A DNA stretch of 64,000 bases, taken from positions 295,505 through 359,504 of the forward strand of contig NMRA01000285.1 of NCBI GenBank assembly GCA_002633005.1, in the 5' to 3' direction. This DNA is from Phoronis australis (Eukaryota; Animalia; Phoronida). Shown here in pieces: positions 13,401 to 27,069 of the stretch. The position numbers and the translations under genes were made by a program. How positions within the stretch are numbered: position 1 is the stretch's first letter; every line of letters begins with the position of its first letter. The notes under the pieces were generated by a model. The model saw only the letters and a list, made by a program, of their open reading frames with translations, searched no databases and was not told the DNA's origin.

Positions 13401-15802
13401 TACATGCCTCTGTGTGCAACAGTTCTTTTGCTTACCCAGAGTCCATTTTGATAATGTGGCTCTATATGACAACAGTTTCGGTGAAATGTGATCAAAAACA
13501 CCCAGTAATAGAACTTAATTGTTAATGCGGCGGTAGCACGCTTGCACAATACTTCCGCGATATTGGATCGCGCTCGTGGGACTTTGCAAAGTTGTCATAT
13601 GGTAGGCGTAGTCAAACAATCTTTGTCGGAACTTTCCAGTGTGGTGTACAATTTCCTCTTGAGTCAAACGTCAGAAGTCAGTGCACCAATGAGACGTGCT
13701 CTTTTTCAAACGACAAATGCCACTGTGTATGTCTTTTGAGCTACAAAACGTGTCGGAACACCTGTCTACACACTCCGATTATAGTCGTGTACGACAGTCG
13801 TGTACACAATTAATTCGTATAATTCAGTTTGATTTTCTGAGATTTCACTGTCTTTTAATAGATTGCATCAGTTTTATCCAGGAATATGCATGATTTTGTA
13901 CGCAGCAGTAATTAACGTTTCATTCAAGCCCATCTCGTGACTGGATTTTCTTGAGTGTATCACGAAAGAGTCTATGGTCTGATTTTGCCCTTTGTCAATT
14001 AATACTTCACATTCATTGCCTTTTACTCTGATCATTTGGTCTTCAGACCTTCGGATGTTTTCCTATAAAATGCTAAAAACCCGCCTTGAAATTAAAACAT
14101 GACATGACATTAGAATAGCGTTTACTGACCTTGATACACCCAGACTAAGCTAGGCGAGGTGCTGTACCCCACGCTGTCTCTTAGGACATCAAATAATTCC
14201 GGTGACAGCAAGGTACGCCCCGGCCAAGCAGCAAGTCGAGCAAAAGACATGGCCGTGTAAATCTTTGTTAGAATGTAGTGTGCCAGTAATCGTTTCCACC
14301 AAATTATGTTTATTGCATTGGAAATACAAAGGGTATGATAATGCACTATTGCTCGTGATTGGGGTGAGTGGCGGGTGCAATTTGTCGAAGCAGCTTATAA
14401 ATCATGGTGAAGTCCAGCAGGTGGAGCCAGTCATAAATCGGCATGCACCGAGACTAACCGTGAACGAGGGACAGTTTGTATTCATCTACTGTCTGAGATT
14501 ATATTTTACTGGTAACGAAACGTTATAAGAGGTTTTGCCGAGCTTGGTCCTAAATCTTGAGTAGCCAGAGGTTATGGAAAATTTGACAACAGCAGTGACT
14601 CTTGCGCACAGATAACGAGGCACCCAAACATTTGCGAGCACAACCACTTATGCGAGTGCACAAACCTACACCTTCGAGTGAAAAGGAATAAAATATAAAC
14701 GACCAGCTTAAAACTTCGTATTTGTGGGTTTAGATCACATTCGAACAAGAGAAAATTTGTTTGTTCGCTCGAGCTATTGTTAGTGCACTCTAAAAATTAC
14801 TTATAGCCCCCCACTTATTTCAGTGCTGCTCAACCCACGTAATGGGGGAATATTTCTGCTTAGAAAATTGTAGAAATTTGAAAATTCAGTCACGGTTATC
14901 TAAGATATTTTCCCATTGGAAATGCCTTTGGTAATACGATTGGGATATTTTGAGACGAACCTGTTTAATTTTAAAAGGGTTTTGTGATTAGGATTCCAGA
15001 TTCAAGAAGAAACTGAGCAAAATGGAATCTCAAAAGGACCATATCATACGATTAAAGACTCACTTTAGTAAATACAGGTTAGCCGTGACAGACTCATTAA
15101 CAGCGTTGCTTTCTTACGAACACATTTCATGAGGTTTTAGCATGATTCAAAATTCAGTGTCACTCGCCCTGGCTATTTTTTTTTGTTCCCTCCTTCCAGT
15201 TTGTTCTATAATGACGGGGCTCACTATAGTGAATCTATTTTCATTTAACGCAAAACTCGTTTCCAATATTCCAATTAACTTAGAAGCTTGCTGTCCTTGG
15301 TCATAACTATGTTTCCTATACATTATGAATACGCCAATAGGTTGACATTTAGATATCGACTAAATATCGTGTAGGGCAACTAGATGTGGTTTGTACCTGG
15401 GGCTTAGCACATATAAAATGTCAGCAACCAAGAAAAAGCAAACGCTCAATCTACTTTAAAAAACCTCTGAAATATATTATGAACGTCGGTATTAACTGCC
15501 AGCGTTTCGAGCATTGCTATGTCTCTTTTTCCTTCAAAAGCAACAGTGTTCGGAACGTTAGGCATTTAATATAAATTATATCGACATTTGTCTTGTTATA
15601 TCTTACGCGGTTTTACTTATTTTTATCGTCGGTAACGGCAAAGGCTCTTGAGATCTTCTTTGGGATTCCAAATCATCGACTAAAGGGATTGGCCAATAGT
15701 AACCTTGAAATGAAATCGAGGCTAGCTTTAAATGCATCGCGTTCACCCGACACATTTCAGCCAAAGTGTAACCCACATTTACCGCTTAAGTTATACGTTA
15801 TA

Positions 15803-16302
15803 GCTCGGAGGGCACTCGACTATATTTTTGACTGAGCCCAGCTAGAAAATTAGGATAACCACTTATCTAGAGAGTGGGCTTGAATGAAGAGACGCGTTTG
15901 TAAGGAGATTTTATGAAAAAGTCACCCTTTAGTAGAATTTGGTTCCAGAAGCATCGCCCTCTGAGGGAGTTCCACATCGCCCTCTGTGGGAGTTCCACAG
16001 ATCTAACCCTTTCCCAGGAATTCTTGGACAGCTGAGTTTTATTGTTTAAGAAAAGATGCCTTGTTGTCAAATGTCAAAATAAAAGCACCACTCACAACAA
16101 CAAAAACAAATTATAGATAATAATAAGAATCTTTTTTATGGATATGTTTAGTAGAAAAGGTTCCCTTTATGCCGTTTCGAAACCCCAAAGTGAACCCTTT
16201 CGCAGGATGGGTGTTGGAAAGGCTATTCTACTATAAGGAAAATGGTCATGAAAAAATCCTCTTTTGAACAGCACGTCTTTTACGTGTGGGAGTAACCCCA
16301 GG
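15803..16302. mobile_element. Degenerate non-autonomous DNA element with CCCGGGGG-CACTC-type ends
   Basis: Left ctcggagggcactc and right gggagtaaccccagg are imperfect inverted ends; internal sub-repeats; no TSD seen. Confidence 0.4.
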
Positions 16303-16630
16303 CTAGAAGTCGTTCATGCCGACCGTTCTGTACAATTCATTGGTCCACTTAAAATCGATTCAGTTGTTGTAACCCTTTTTCACGACTAGTTCACCGTCAC
16401 ACTCCTGCGCAGTACCAGTGTGTTTGATATAGATTTGCCCGATTAAAAACCTCGTAAGGGGGCCAATTGCATAAAGAAAACGAAAGAGATGTTTCGTGTC
16501 TAAGTATCATAAGGCATCCAGTAGTGTAGAACAAACTGTCGTAGCCATCAGTGGTTGACTTAAGCTGCGTGTTAAATAGTTTAGCTGGCAAAAACAAAAA
16601 GTGAATGAGACCTTTTACTCTCACAAAATT

Positions 16631-16884
16631 ATGCGCGCACCCAGGGAAGGCTCGGGGGCTCGAACGAGCCCCCCCATTTGGCGAAGTGGGCAAAAAGGCC
16701 CGCCTCGGAGAAACAAAAACTCCGAAAAAAGTAGAAAACGAGACAAAAGTCCACTAAAATGGCGGGAACTACCAAATTTCGGCGAGTACACAATTCATAG
16801 CTCTGAACGTACCCCGTGAATATTTGTAAAAGGTCCACATTCTAAAACATTCGAACCCTCATTTTTTAGGATGGTACGCGCATG
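16631..16884. mobile_element. Short MITE (ATGCGCGCACC...GGTACGCGCATG)
   Basis: Imperfect TIRs with G/C-run subterminal motifs. Confidence 0.55.
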
Positions 16885-17134
16885 AACATTGCACATAATA
16901 TTAATTAGCGTGGTAGGGATATCAATTCAAGTCAGAGAAAATGCGTTCATGCGTAATTTTCAAATTTGCATATGCGTTTGCATGCATGCATGTATGGATA
17001 CGACAATTTCGTACGGACGAATATTGTACCGAATTTGCGTGGGCCGCTCGGCTGCAGGTTGAACTCGGCTAGTGCGTCAAACAACGCATAAACTTCATAT
17101 ATCTCTACTTGCTCACCTACCTGTCCATCTGCTG

Positions 17135-17334
17135 TATATACCAGCCCAGCTACATGTCTGTCTATATACCAGCCCAGCTACATGTCTGTCTATATACCTG
17201 CCCAGCTACATGTCTGTCTATATACCTGCCCAGCTACATGTCTGTCTATATACCAGCCCAGCTACATGTCTGTCTATATACCTGCCCAGCTACATGTCTG
17301 TCTATATACCTGCCCAGCTACATTTCTGTCTATC
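17135..17334 (+). repeat. Minisatellite, 28-bp unit TATATACC(A/T)GCCCAGCTACATGTCTGTC, about 7 copies
   Basis: Seen directly; explains the three repetitive ORFs at 17072-17414. Confidence 0.95.
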
Positions 17335-18758
17335 TGCCTGTCTATCTATCCATCCTTTATCTACTGGAAATAGCCACGACAAGGAGGGGAATTTTCTTCA
17401 AATTTAGGTACTGAATGCGAGAGGTTGATTTCTAAACTACATAAAAACAAAACTAAAAGTACAAACAGAAATGTACAACTTACAGATCAATAATAATAAT
17501 AATAATAATTATAAACTTTTTTAAAGAGGATAAAAATACAATAAATGTAAAACATGCTTTAGCCAAAGGCTAATATCCAGCATGGTCCTCTGCAATATCA
17601 TCTTGAAAAATCAAAACGAATAAAATGCACCTACGATAGCCTTAATTTTGCCACCGGTAGTTAAAAAATTTCTCAGAAGTTACTGATAAGTAACAACTTC
17701 GCGCTGTACGCTACGTTCTAACGAATTACATTGCAGAGATAAATTTAGGCTAATTTAGATTTTACAAGAACGCTAATAACAGATTCACAAGTCTTCGACT
17801 GATTTTCTACAACAGAGCTGGTCAGTGCTGAACACTACGAACCCCATTTTATAAGGCTTTCTGTTGGTTTCTTCTAATTCGTAATTATGGTAGTTATATC
17901 CCTTAGGTACGTGTATATTGGTATCCCCAGTGGGGTAACCCGAGAGACATTTCAAAAAGTCACATACCGCCAGCGCCAGTGTATGTATTGACATACCTGT
18001 TACTTGCACCGCATCGTCATTTGAACCATTAGCACGGCTGTAAATAACGTTACCAAAAATACACAACATTGACAAAATAGTAAGAACTGGGTTAAAATGT
18101 AAATATACTTCATAGTGAGCTACAGTGGGGCATTTGCTATATCAAAACCAATGAGTATACTTCTGTAAAAATTATAAATGTATTCCCATGAAACTATCCA
18201 AAATCGTATGTGTACTCGATTATTTTCAAAAATGTGAATGCTATAATATCCTGTATACACAATTCCCTTCGGCTATAATCTCGCTGTGTTATGTCCATCT
18301 CAGTGTGGGCTCGTGTTCCGTCCTTCGCAGTGAAAAAACATACGTGTGTGAAGGATACAGAGCTATGGCAACTGTTTCAAAATAGAACGCACGCAGGAGC
18401 TGCGCATCGTATTTGCCAAATGAAAACTGCCGAGACTGAGTGAGGTAGTAAAGAATGTACTAGCCGCTTCAAAAGGTTCTCAAGCATTTGTGTTCCTGGA
18501 TGCCTTTGCAGATGGTCAGAAAGTGAAGGATAATCAGCTCGTTATACTACGTGAAGTGGATTTCAATCAATTTGGATTAAACCTGTCTCGACGTCGGATT
18601 TGCAGTAATACGGTACATGTTTCCCTAGATTTCACTTTCTACTAGAAGACGATTTACTTCCTATAGCACGCCCGTCTTGCATAGACTGTACACACACAGC
18701 TAAGCACAACAAGGGGGCTGACAGCTTGCCCAGAATCGATACGCATGAGAAACCGTCA

Positions 18759-18807
18759 ATTCGAGTTTGCAGCATACCGTTGGTGACGGTATGCTGCAAA
18801 CCCGAAT
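18759..18807. repeat. 22-bp inverted repeat with 5-nt loop (1 mismatch)
   Basis: attcgagtttgcagcataccgt-tggtg-acggtatgctgcaaacccgaat. Confidence 0.9.
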
Positions 18808-21800
18808 AGCACTTAACTGTTTTATGTGGGTTTAATTTAATGCTGAGAATTATGATACAATCCTAAAAGAGAAGAAGCTTCTATGAAAAGTTATCCTTTC
18901 GTCGAGTTTCCATTTCATAACAAAACACTTTGGAAAGAAAGAAAAATTGATATATTTCACGACTGTGCACTGCAGTATTTTTTTGAAAATGTAGCAAACC
19001 TAGAATGCATAAGTGACACCGTTCTGTTCTGTTCAGTTTCGAAAACGAAACCCTTGAAATGATTCCCGTCGAAAAGTAAATCGAAAAGGCACCTTTTCGT
19101 ATAAGAAATCCGATACAGGACACAGTTTGTAGACGCCAGTAGCCATATTTAGCGATAACTACCTATTAGCTCAAATTTGTTGATCATTTTCTCATTGTTT
19201 ATTCAATTCCGCCAAACACTGAAACTGTCAAATGCTAATTAATTTAATGTGTCATATCTCGGTCATATCCATCAGTTAAAAAGATACTTCCGTTGGACTT
19301 CCGCGACTGAACATACTGTTAACCTGTTCCCACAAATCATGCGGTTTGCGCGATACGTGTTACAAATATGTCGCACAGCGTCCCTGCTGCGTCGGGTTAT
19401 GCAACCCCTTATCGACATGTCTGTGTATTCAGCCAAGACATCTATGAAGCTATAACAATTAACCCAGTAAACGTATGAATTTTTAAAAAGCAGAAAGGCT
19501 TCATCAGAATTTGATTTTAAACTTTGTACCATTTTGCCATTTATTGAATGACGTGACCATGTCTTTAAAGTTAAGGAAAAAAGAAAGGTACATTCATAGC
19601 AAAACAACGGTATCAATTACATGACAAAATTTTGTTCAAGATGAAATCTCAAAAAGTGTTACAGATTTTTATTTAATGATCTCGTTTTCATTCAATGCAG
19701 TTTTTGAGTTTTTCACTAACATCACCAAATTCTATTTTTGATAGTTCTTCTTACCATTGTAAAAGCAATTCTTCGTGTGAAAACTCCTGCGCTAGCATTT
19801 GGGGTTTTGTTACCCCAACGCCTAAGCCCTAAGCCAGATTGAGACTAACCCGTACTAATCGATTTACAAGTTAATGCTCGTGGTTTAGCCGCGATGCTGA
19901 AGAAAACATTTTCGCCAATTTCTACTATAATGCGCCCATTTTAAAGATTTAAAAACGGTTGCTATTTACTTTTCAATTTCAAAACCAACCATATTGGTCG
20001 CTTGCTTTGCTTATTGTTCGTTTTTTTGACTTTGAAACTCGTACACTAAACAGGCGACCGGAATTAGCTCATCCAGCACGTTCAGCAAAGCCCATGAATA
20101 GCGACGAGCTCATTTCAATCCGTGACGGCACCATCAAATCTTTGATATCCCGTGGACTTCGCTGGCTACTCTGGGATAAACAGTGCACGCTTTCTCGTCC
20201 ACTTGCGTGCAAATCGTATTAGCGTAAGATTTGTCTAATGCAACAGCATTTTTAAGAACAGTGCATAAAGCATTGTATCTGAAAGTTATATTTAAATATA
20301 TCGAACGATTTATGAAATATGATGTTAAGAAATTAACCAAATTCGGAAACTTCCCTTGGGTCCTTTATGCGTCATGTAATACCGCGAACCTAGTGATGCC
20401 TTTAAGCTTAAAAGTTTAAAAACGTCAAGAAGCTCCAAGTACCGGAGGATCTTCCTGTACCACATTATCCGTTAAGTGACCTAAACTCCATCTTAGCTAC
20501 AACTTGGGACCTTCTTTGAGTTAAAGGCCTTTACAACGTTTCACTGAAGGGGTGACAGGGGAACCTCGCGGTGCGCAAGGGTGGGACGAAATTAGTAACG
20601 ATTGATGATGCAAAACTGGTGACAACCAGTGGGAGCGGAGAGGGTAGCCGAAAGTTGTGNGGGGTGGGGGAGCAAATGCGAAGACTTGTTTCATCTATGT
20701 CGTCCTAGTTGTCGAGGGACCCCTATAGCTGACTAGCTTCAGGGTCCCTTAAATGTGTATCGCCACTGGCTTCATGGCTCATTTATGTGTGTGAAGTGGC
20801 TCACGTGTCCACTTTGTTCATTCATGAAGCGTCGAGTTACGCATTTATTTGTCTCAGAGCGATGGAGAAATCATGCTTTAAGAAAATGTGAAAAATAATC
20901 ACTCAAAGACGGAGTGCCGTGTAGCGCAATGCTATAATGAGGAACTATTGACTTCAGCTTAGTGGATTGTCGCTTAGCGCCTGATAGCAAATTACTTTCA
21001 GTTTTTCTGCAAATTGTTGCATGACTACTAATTCTGTTTAGCCCGATTTTCAAGCTGAAAGCAGTGAATGACGGAATGTGCGCGTGTTGCTTCGAATTAT
21101 ACAATATACCTGAACACTGCAACTTAACCGGCTGGAAGAAGTGAATTTTTAGATACCAAATCAATTAAGAAATAAATTCATTGTTACGGATGTGGCTATG
21201 ATGTATCCAAGTGATATGTTACGATATTCATTTATTATAGTAACTAGTGTACATTTTGCCATTGCAATTTTAAAAATAATACAATTTATAAAAGGTACAA
21301 TCCAATTAAACTTATTGGCCACTTTGACTGTATATCCTTACATGTACAAAATGTATTGCTTAGAATCATAATGATAAATCAGTATTAACATATCGCTGAA
21401 GTTGACTATGTCTACTGCCTCGTTCGGAGATCCATGCAGCTTGTAGACTGGAAACCGTTGACTTAGTTCTCCGCTTGGAAAGAGATAACTATTATAGCCA
21501 ACGAATGCAAAATCCTAAACTCAGTTTTCAATTACTCTCGCGTGACATTTGCGAACACCACAACAAGGAACATATTTTCTGTTGTAAATAGACGCTTGAA
21601 CGTTTCCAGGCAAGGTGGCGTTTTATGCAGTAAATGTTTGTTTGGTTCACTACTAAAGTGTTTATTTGAATTGCACTGTGTTCCTGTATTTGATTATTGA
21701 TATAATAAACTTGTTCTCAATCAAAAAGTTGTACAAGATGAATGCAGAATATAATCGAAAAAGTCCTATTTTAGATTCATAAATGGGTATGGCTTGTCCA

Positions 21801-22309
21801 AAATTTCTTGGGAGTACTTAATCATTGGTGGGCACAGATACCCCTGCCAATTCTTAAAATGACAGAAAACACACCGTTAACCACGGAACTTATTCTAACG
21901 GTTTATCTCAAAATGGCACTATTTGATAAACGTTTTTCTTTGCTTTTCAGGATGATTGCTATGAGAAGTTGATTTTCTACCATCGCTGAGCCACTGTATG
22001 GTCGTGTTTCTGACGTACATTTTACGCTGTCGCATATGAGAAAGACCTTCAACAGCATGCAGTCACTAGGTGTACTTACTGGAAAAACTAAATTCACTGC
22101 ATACGAACATATCGAAAACACTCCATTAGTTAGTTGTTGTCGCACAAGCATGCTGATTAGGCGATAATTGAAAGCGCTCAATAATCAAGTGAAAGCCAAA
22201 ACAGTCGTCGTGAGTAAGCATCAAATTTTTGGTTTGCATCGCAAGTAGGCGACTTTTTTCAATTTGGCTCAATTACAGACATCCATTCACTTTTAAGGAG
22301 GAAGTCGTT

Positions 22310-22633
22310 ATGCCGAGTCTCACGGAATATTTCGTCGTCAATCAGACGTACATCATCAGTAAACCGGAAGAGAAGTTTCGTGATAGCGGAAGTAACGAGT
22401 TGATCTACGTGGTAGTAGTACTATCGTTCTACGCGGCCGCTTTGATGATTCTGATTGGCTCACAAATTCGCAGCACAAAGAGAGATGGCGTAGAGGCAGA
22501 ATATTACGACGAATACATAACCAGACGAAACCTGCTTATGAAAAAACGAAAGAAAGATAAGCTCAAAATGCTTTATAATTTGATGAAACCTCGAGATCCG
22601 GTGATTGATCAAATCCCGGAAGAAGTATTATGA
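22310..22633 (+). CDS. 107-aa single-pass membrane protein, KCNE/MinK-like candidate
   Basis: Acceptor ttacag at 22273-22278 precedes ATG 22310. No obvious signal peptide, N-glycosylation sequon NQT, one hydrophobic helix (LIYVVVVLSFYAAALMILIG), then a basic IRSTKRD segment and YxxYI. Coding status is fairly secure; the family call is less so. Confidence 0.75.
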   Translation: MPSLTEYFVVNQTYIISKPEEKFRDSGSNELIYVVVVLSFYAAALMILIGSQIRSTKRDGVEAEYYDEYITRRNLLMKKRKKDKLKMLYNLMKPRDPVIDQIPEEVL

Positions 22634-23240
22634 TGATTATGTAATAACTGCCATGCCGACGCGTGAAATCTTCAACGAAAGAATTCACGAGGAGTTTTCG
22701 TACAAAAAGCCAATATTACAAAGCCTTAGTTTCAATGTGTACTGGGTTACAATAAAGACTGAAAACTTGTTGAAATTACATTACGCAGGGTTTCGGAATT
22801 TCAAAGAAAATGACGTGGAGTGTTATTGGAACAATTCATCAAACCGGAAGCGTTGATGTCACGTTCTTACGTCGGAAAACATATCGACACTCTATACCCA
22901 AAAGGCGACATAAAGCGATAACAAAGATACTTCACATATGAAGGCCGTCATTAACGTACAGATGCTGTAATGTGATGGATAAAGGGAAGCAGATCTTGTA
23001 CTCGCGGAATAAGGGTAAAACGTGGCAGGCGTCCAATTTCGGTTTGATCTGTTATGTTTCGAAATAGATTGTGAAAGCGTACAGCGTTTTGTGATGCAGT
23101 TCTTTTTGGAGCATCTTAGTTCACGCAGGGACGGAGTGCTCCGATCAGACACCAGTGCCAATATTCATGCACAACCAAACGTGTATCTGACACAATCGTA
23201 GCCATTGAAACTTCTGTAACATTCACTGAACTCGAGGAAT

Positions 23241-23396
23241 CAGGCGTGCGTTCAGTAACGCTAGGGCCTACGCTAGGACCTAGCTTAAATCTAGCCAAAG
23301 TCACGTGTTTCCATTGAAAATACACGGTAATACCTCACGTAATCTCGCGAAGTCTTGCTTTTTAGCGAGGTCCTAGCGTTACTGAACGGGAGGCAG
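23241..23396. mobile_element. Hairpin MITE, copy 2 (inverted relative to 10305-10459)
   Basis: Full-length reverse-complement match to copy 1. Confidence 0.85.
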
Positions 23397-26219
23397 GAGT
23401 GATGGACGCATTTGGACTATCAGCGGGAGTGGTTAACAAAAAGGTGCCTCGAACGGCTATCCTTACGCCAGTATGCCAGCGCCGGAACAGATAAAAATCA
23501 TTCATAACACATGTGCTCTTTTTGTCGAGGCGCCTCTAGACATCAACAACGTTATGCACCCATCAAGTCTAAAGAGGACAGTATAACCGGCCAGGTTTTG
23601 AAAGCTGTAAACGAGCAGACTTTTATCCATTCAAAATTTTTACTGCTACTGAATTATATTGTATTTTGTTCCTGAGTTTTAATATTAACCACAAAAGAAA
23701 ATGCAAGCCATTTTCACTCTTTTTTACTAGAGTTCGTGATGAATTGATTTTATAACCTAGAAGATTTGTTTTTATTCTCTACAGTAACTTTGTGTTCCGC
23801 CATTCGTCACCATCAGCGGCTCGTGTGTTCCTGTAGCAATAACGACATGATCGTCTGCCCACTTTCGTGCAAAGACTTCTTTGTAAAACCCTGATACCTC
23901 GGTTGTCTGACGTTTGTTGCAGGAATCCAATAAATTACTGTGTTGTACAAACGTATGTTGTTTTGTGATTTGTAAATAATGGTGTGTACTTTGCATTAAT
24001 TTTCTGTACATGTATACACGCCAGATCTCAGCCAGTGTTTGTAAGAGACTCGCTTGCAGGGTTAGATACCTGATGTTAGTGCCGTGTCAGGTGACTTAAA
24101 AGCATTCAATTCTAACGAGTCAATAACAGAACTGAGTAGCAGATTACACGAGCATTTGTTCCCTCTAATATTTCTATTTCAATGAAAAGCATATTGATTG
24201 CTTGATATATTAATGTCTATTTCACCAAATTCCTCATTGATTACTTGATAGAAAGCTGCCGTGGGCAATTCTAGTTGTGTACTTGTAATAAACAGCACAT
24301 GATATGTCGACTGGATCCGACAAAATGTTAAGAATCACAACCCGAAGGTTTTACCATTCAGATTCCTCATCCAACACAGGTTAATTCGAACTCAATGCTG
24401 TAAGATGACGCGGTATTTCATAATGCGACACTCTTGCACTATTCAGAGCAAAATTGGCAGCACACACTCCAAACTTCAAAGCAAAAATTCACCTAAGAAA
24501 AAATCTGGTCAAGGGAGTGACCGGAAACACCCTGTCAGATCTTCATGGATATAACTGACAAACAAACTGAGGAAAATTGATTAACTTTCATTTTGATAAC
24601 TTGATTTTCGGCGCACATTGCTAATACGGTCGAGCGTGATGTGAAAATCGAGAGCAAAATTACGCTTTGAAGAATATTTAAGTTTGATTAGTCAATACCA
24701 TTCATGCTGTCGGATTACAGAGCAATCGTTACTGCATGGATATTTAAACCTGGAATAAAAAGTAAAAAATTAAGGTGACTAGCTCTGCTGGGAGCAAGCT
24801 TAGATAAGCTGTTTGATCAAATTTGTCTAAGTATTTTTACACAAAACGCAACTTTAGGTGGTTACATCCTATTGCGAAAGCTTTCTGGGTTAAGAATTAG
24901 CAATTACAGCAGCCGTCTTAGTTTCCAGGGCGTACTTTACCGGCCTTTGAGCAATGTTAAGGCATGTTTTGCATTACTGAGCTGTCTCGTCTTGCCCTAT
25001 AATCGTGAGGCACACTCAAAGACATTTTAGCAGTCTGTATGTCAAGTGTGGTAAGATGTCAATCCAGATTCTCTTTTTATTCCAAAAAAACTCCGTTAAT
25101 TTCACTTTCTGAATATAAGAATACATAAACACCACATTGTGTATTGCGTCTATATTTTACCTATTCTCTTTTTGCTGTAATTGAGAGATACTTTAATTAC
25201 CGCTAGAATTGAAAGGTTCTCGAATGGGCTAACCAACCCTAACACGATTTTCTGACGCTTTTTTAATCGTGAATGTTTGAAGCGGCTTCAACGTACCTTC
25301 CACCACAAAATGTGTTGATTTAGACCACACTGACTTACAATTACGTAATTGGTCTCGAGCTAGTCTTTAATGAAATTAGAGGTGATTATGGGCTTAGAAA
25401 GAAATTTTTTGTTCTTGCTTGAGACCAGGCTCTACACGCATAGGTGCGTCATTATATGTTACGAGCGTGGTGTCAAGGAATAAACGAGCTGTCAGTTCTT
25501 TGCAAAATTGGATATCACTTCTCATCTGAGTAAGGAACAAATTAAAACCAATTTTATAGTGGTAAGTGATCTAAATCAAAAGTTTGATTCTTCATATACT
25601 GAGACACTCTCATTATAAAAGGAAAAATAGAGGCCAATTAGGTAGGGGTATTGGCCTATGCGGAACTTGTAGCTAAACGTAGTTATGCGGTTTTAAGTAT
25701 ACACGAGGGCGTCATGGGAACATTGCATTGAGTTTTTGTAATCGCATATTTTGAGAATCATTGTCACTCAACCAACTATGATGTCGAATGCAGTTTCTAA
25801 TCACCAGAGAATCGATTTTCATCTTTCACTCAAGCCGAGCGAGAAATATGCACAGTCGAGATATGTGTTAGTAAAGACGGTAAATATACACTAGTTCTTC
25901 AGGTAAATTCTACACAGTTTGTACTCTGTTAGTTTAATACATCGAATACTTGAGAGTTTTAATCAATAGAAAATGACTTACATGGACGCCATTGTGCGGT
26001 CTTTCCGATGGCGTCAATAGTGTTTTGGGCCTGTAATGTGGAAAAAGCGAGAGGAACAAGAGAACCGCCGACACAAAACCTTAGAATGAGAAATTTGCGC
26101 ACGATTTTCCGGAACGCACACAGTGTAGTTTTGGAATACACCTTCAAGATTTAGTGCACAAATAAAGAAATAAAGACACATTATCGGTTTTATTGCGGAA
26201 ACACGTAGTTTGGGGATTA

Positions 26220-26308
26220 TTGTTGGACGGGTTAGACTTTTGAAGTTATTAGTTTTGGAAGACTTGTTGGACGGGTTAGACTTTTTGAAGTTATTAGTTT
26301 TGGAAGAC
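26220..26308 (+). repeat. 44-45-bp tandem duplication
   Basis: ttgttggacgggttagacttttgaagttattagttttggaagac twice. Confidence 0.9.
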
Positions 26309-27069
26309 CATTTTTGTCTCATGACAAGGATTTTTTAAAACTTGACAAATAGACGACTTCGATAACACTCATCAGTTCTGGTGTAGGCAATTACATAGCC
26401 GTGTGCGCCGCAGGAGTACACATGCACGCGATAGTAGGCCTATACCACCTATAAAAAGTTACTTGACATTTCAAAAAACAGCGAGTAACATCTAAACATG
26501 CATATATACACATTGGGTTATAATTAACACAATTCATGGCTTTGGAGACAATTTAGTAGACGTAATTGAACATATCTATGAAAAAACGTTCGCGGTTCTC
26601 TCGGTCTTCTTCACCGGATGCCAGTTTGGCGGAAGTTACGCAAAATCACGCCTGCTGACGAACAAAAAGTCCAAGGGATACAAACCTTACAAATTCCACC
26701 GGGTATCTTCCCGTGTTTCTTCTTTTTTGCGAGTCTCTCGCTTATTGTTGCGTAACTCACATAACATCAATTGAAATACTTTGTGGTTATGGGGCGCGTG
26801 AAGAAGTTCAGTGCGATCAAAAAACAAAGTTGGAATTCTTCACCAAAGTCATCTTAATTCCCCATAGGCTCCGCAGCACTGAAAAAGTGGGGCTATAGCC
26901 TCCCTCAGCCCCCTATGGTGCGCCGCCCATGTTCCCATAGACATGCTTGGTCGAAGATATGTTTAGAACCAGAAAGGATCGCTGAGGAATGTAAGCGCTT
27001 TTTTGAGAGACAATTTTAAGTTTAAAATGTATCTTTGACGAGGTGAAATCCACTTATTCGGCGACCTTT

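Noticed and set aside
17072-17414. Repetitive ORFs / CRISPR-like array
   Set aside because: Head-to-tail 28-bp minisatellite with no unique spacers; eukaryotic context; no cas genes.
17812-17832. RE1/NRSE-like motif upstream of the KCNE-like exon
   Set aside because: Half-site spacing and the right half do not fit the consensus.
22229-22309. N-terminal extension of the 134-aa ORF
   Set aside because: Starts at a non-ATG codon upstream of the splice acceptor at 22278; the first ATG is at 22310.
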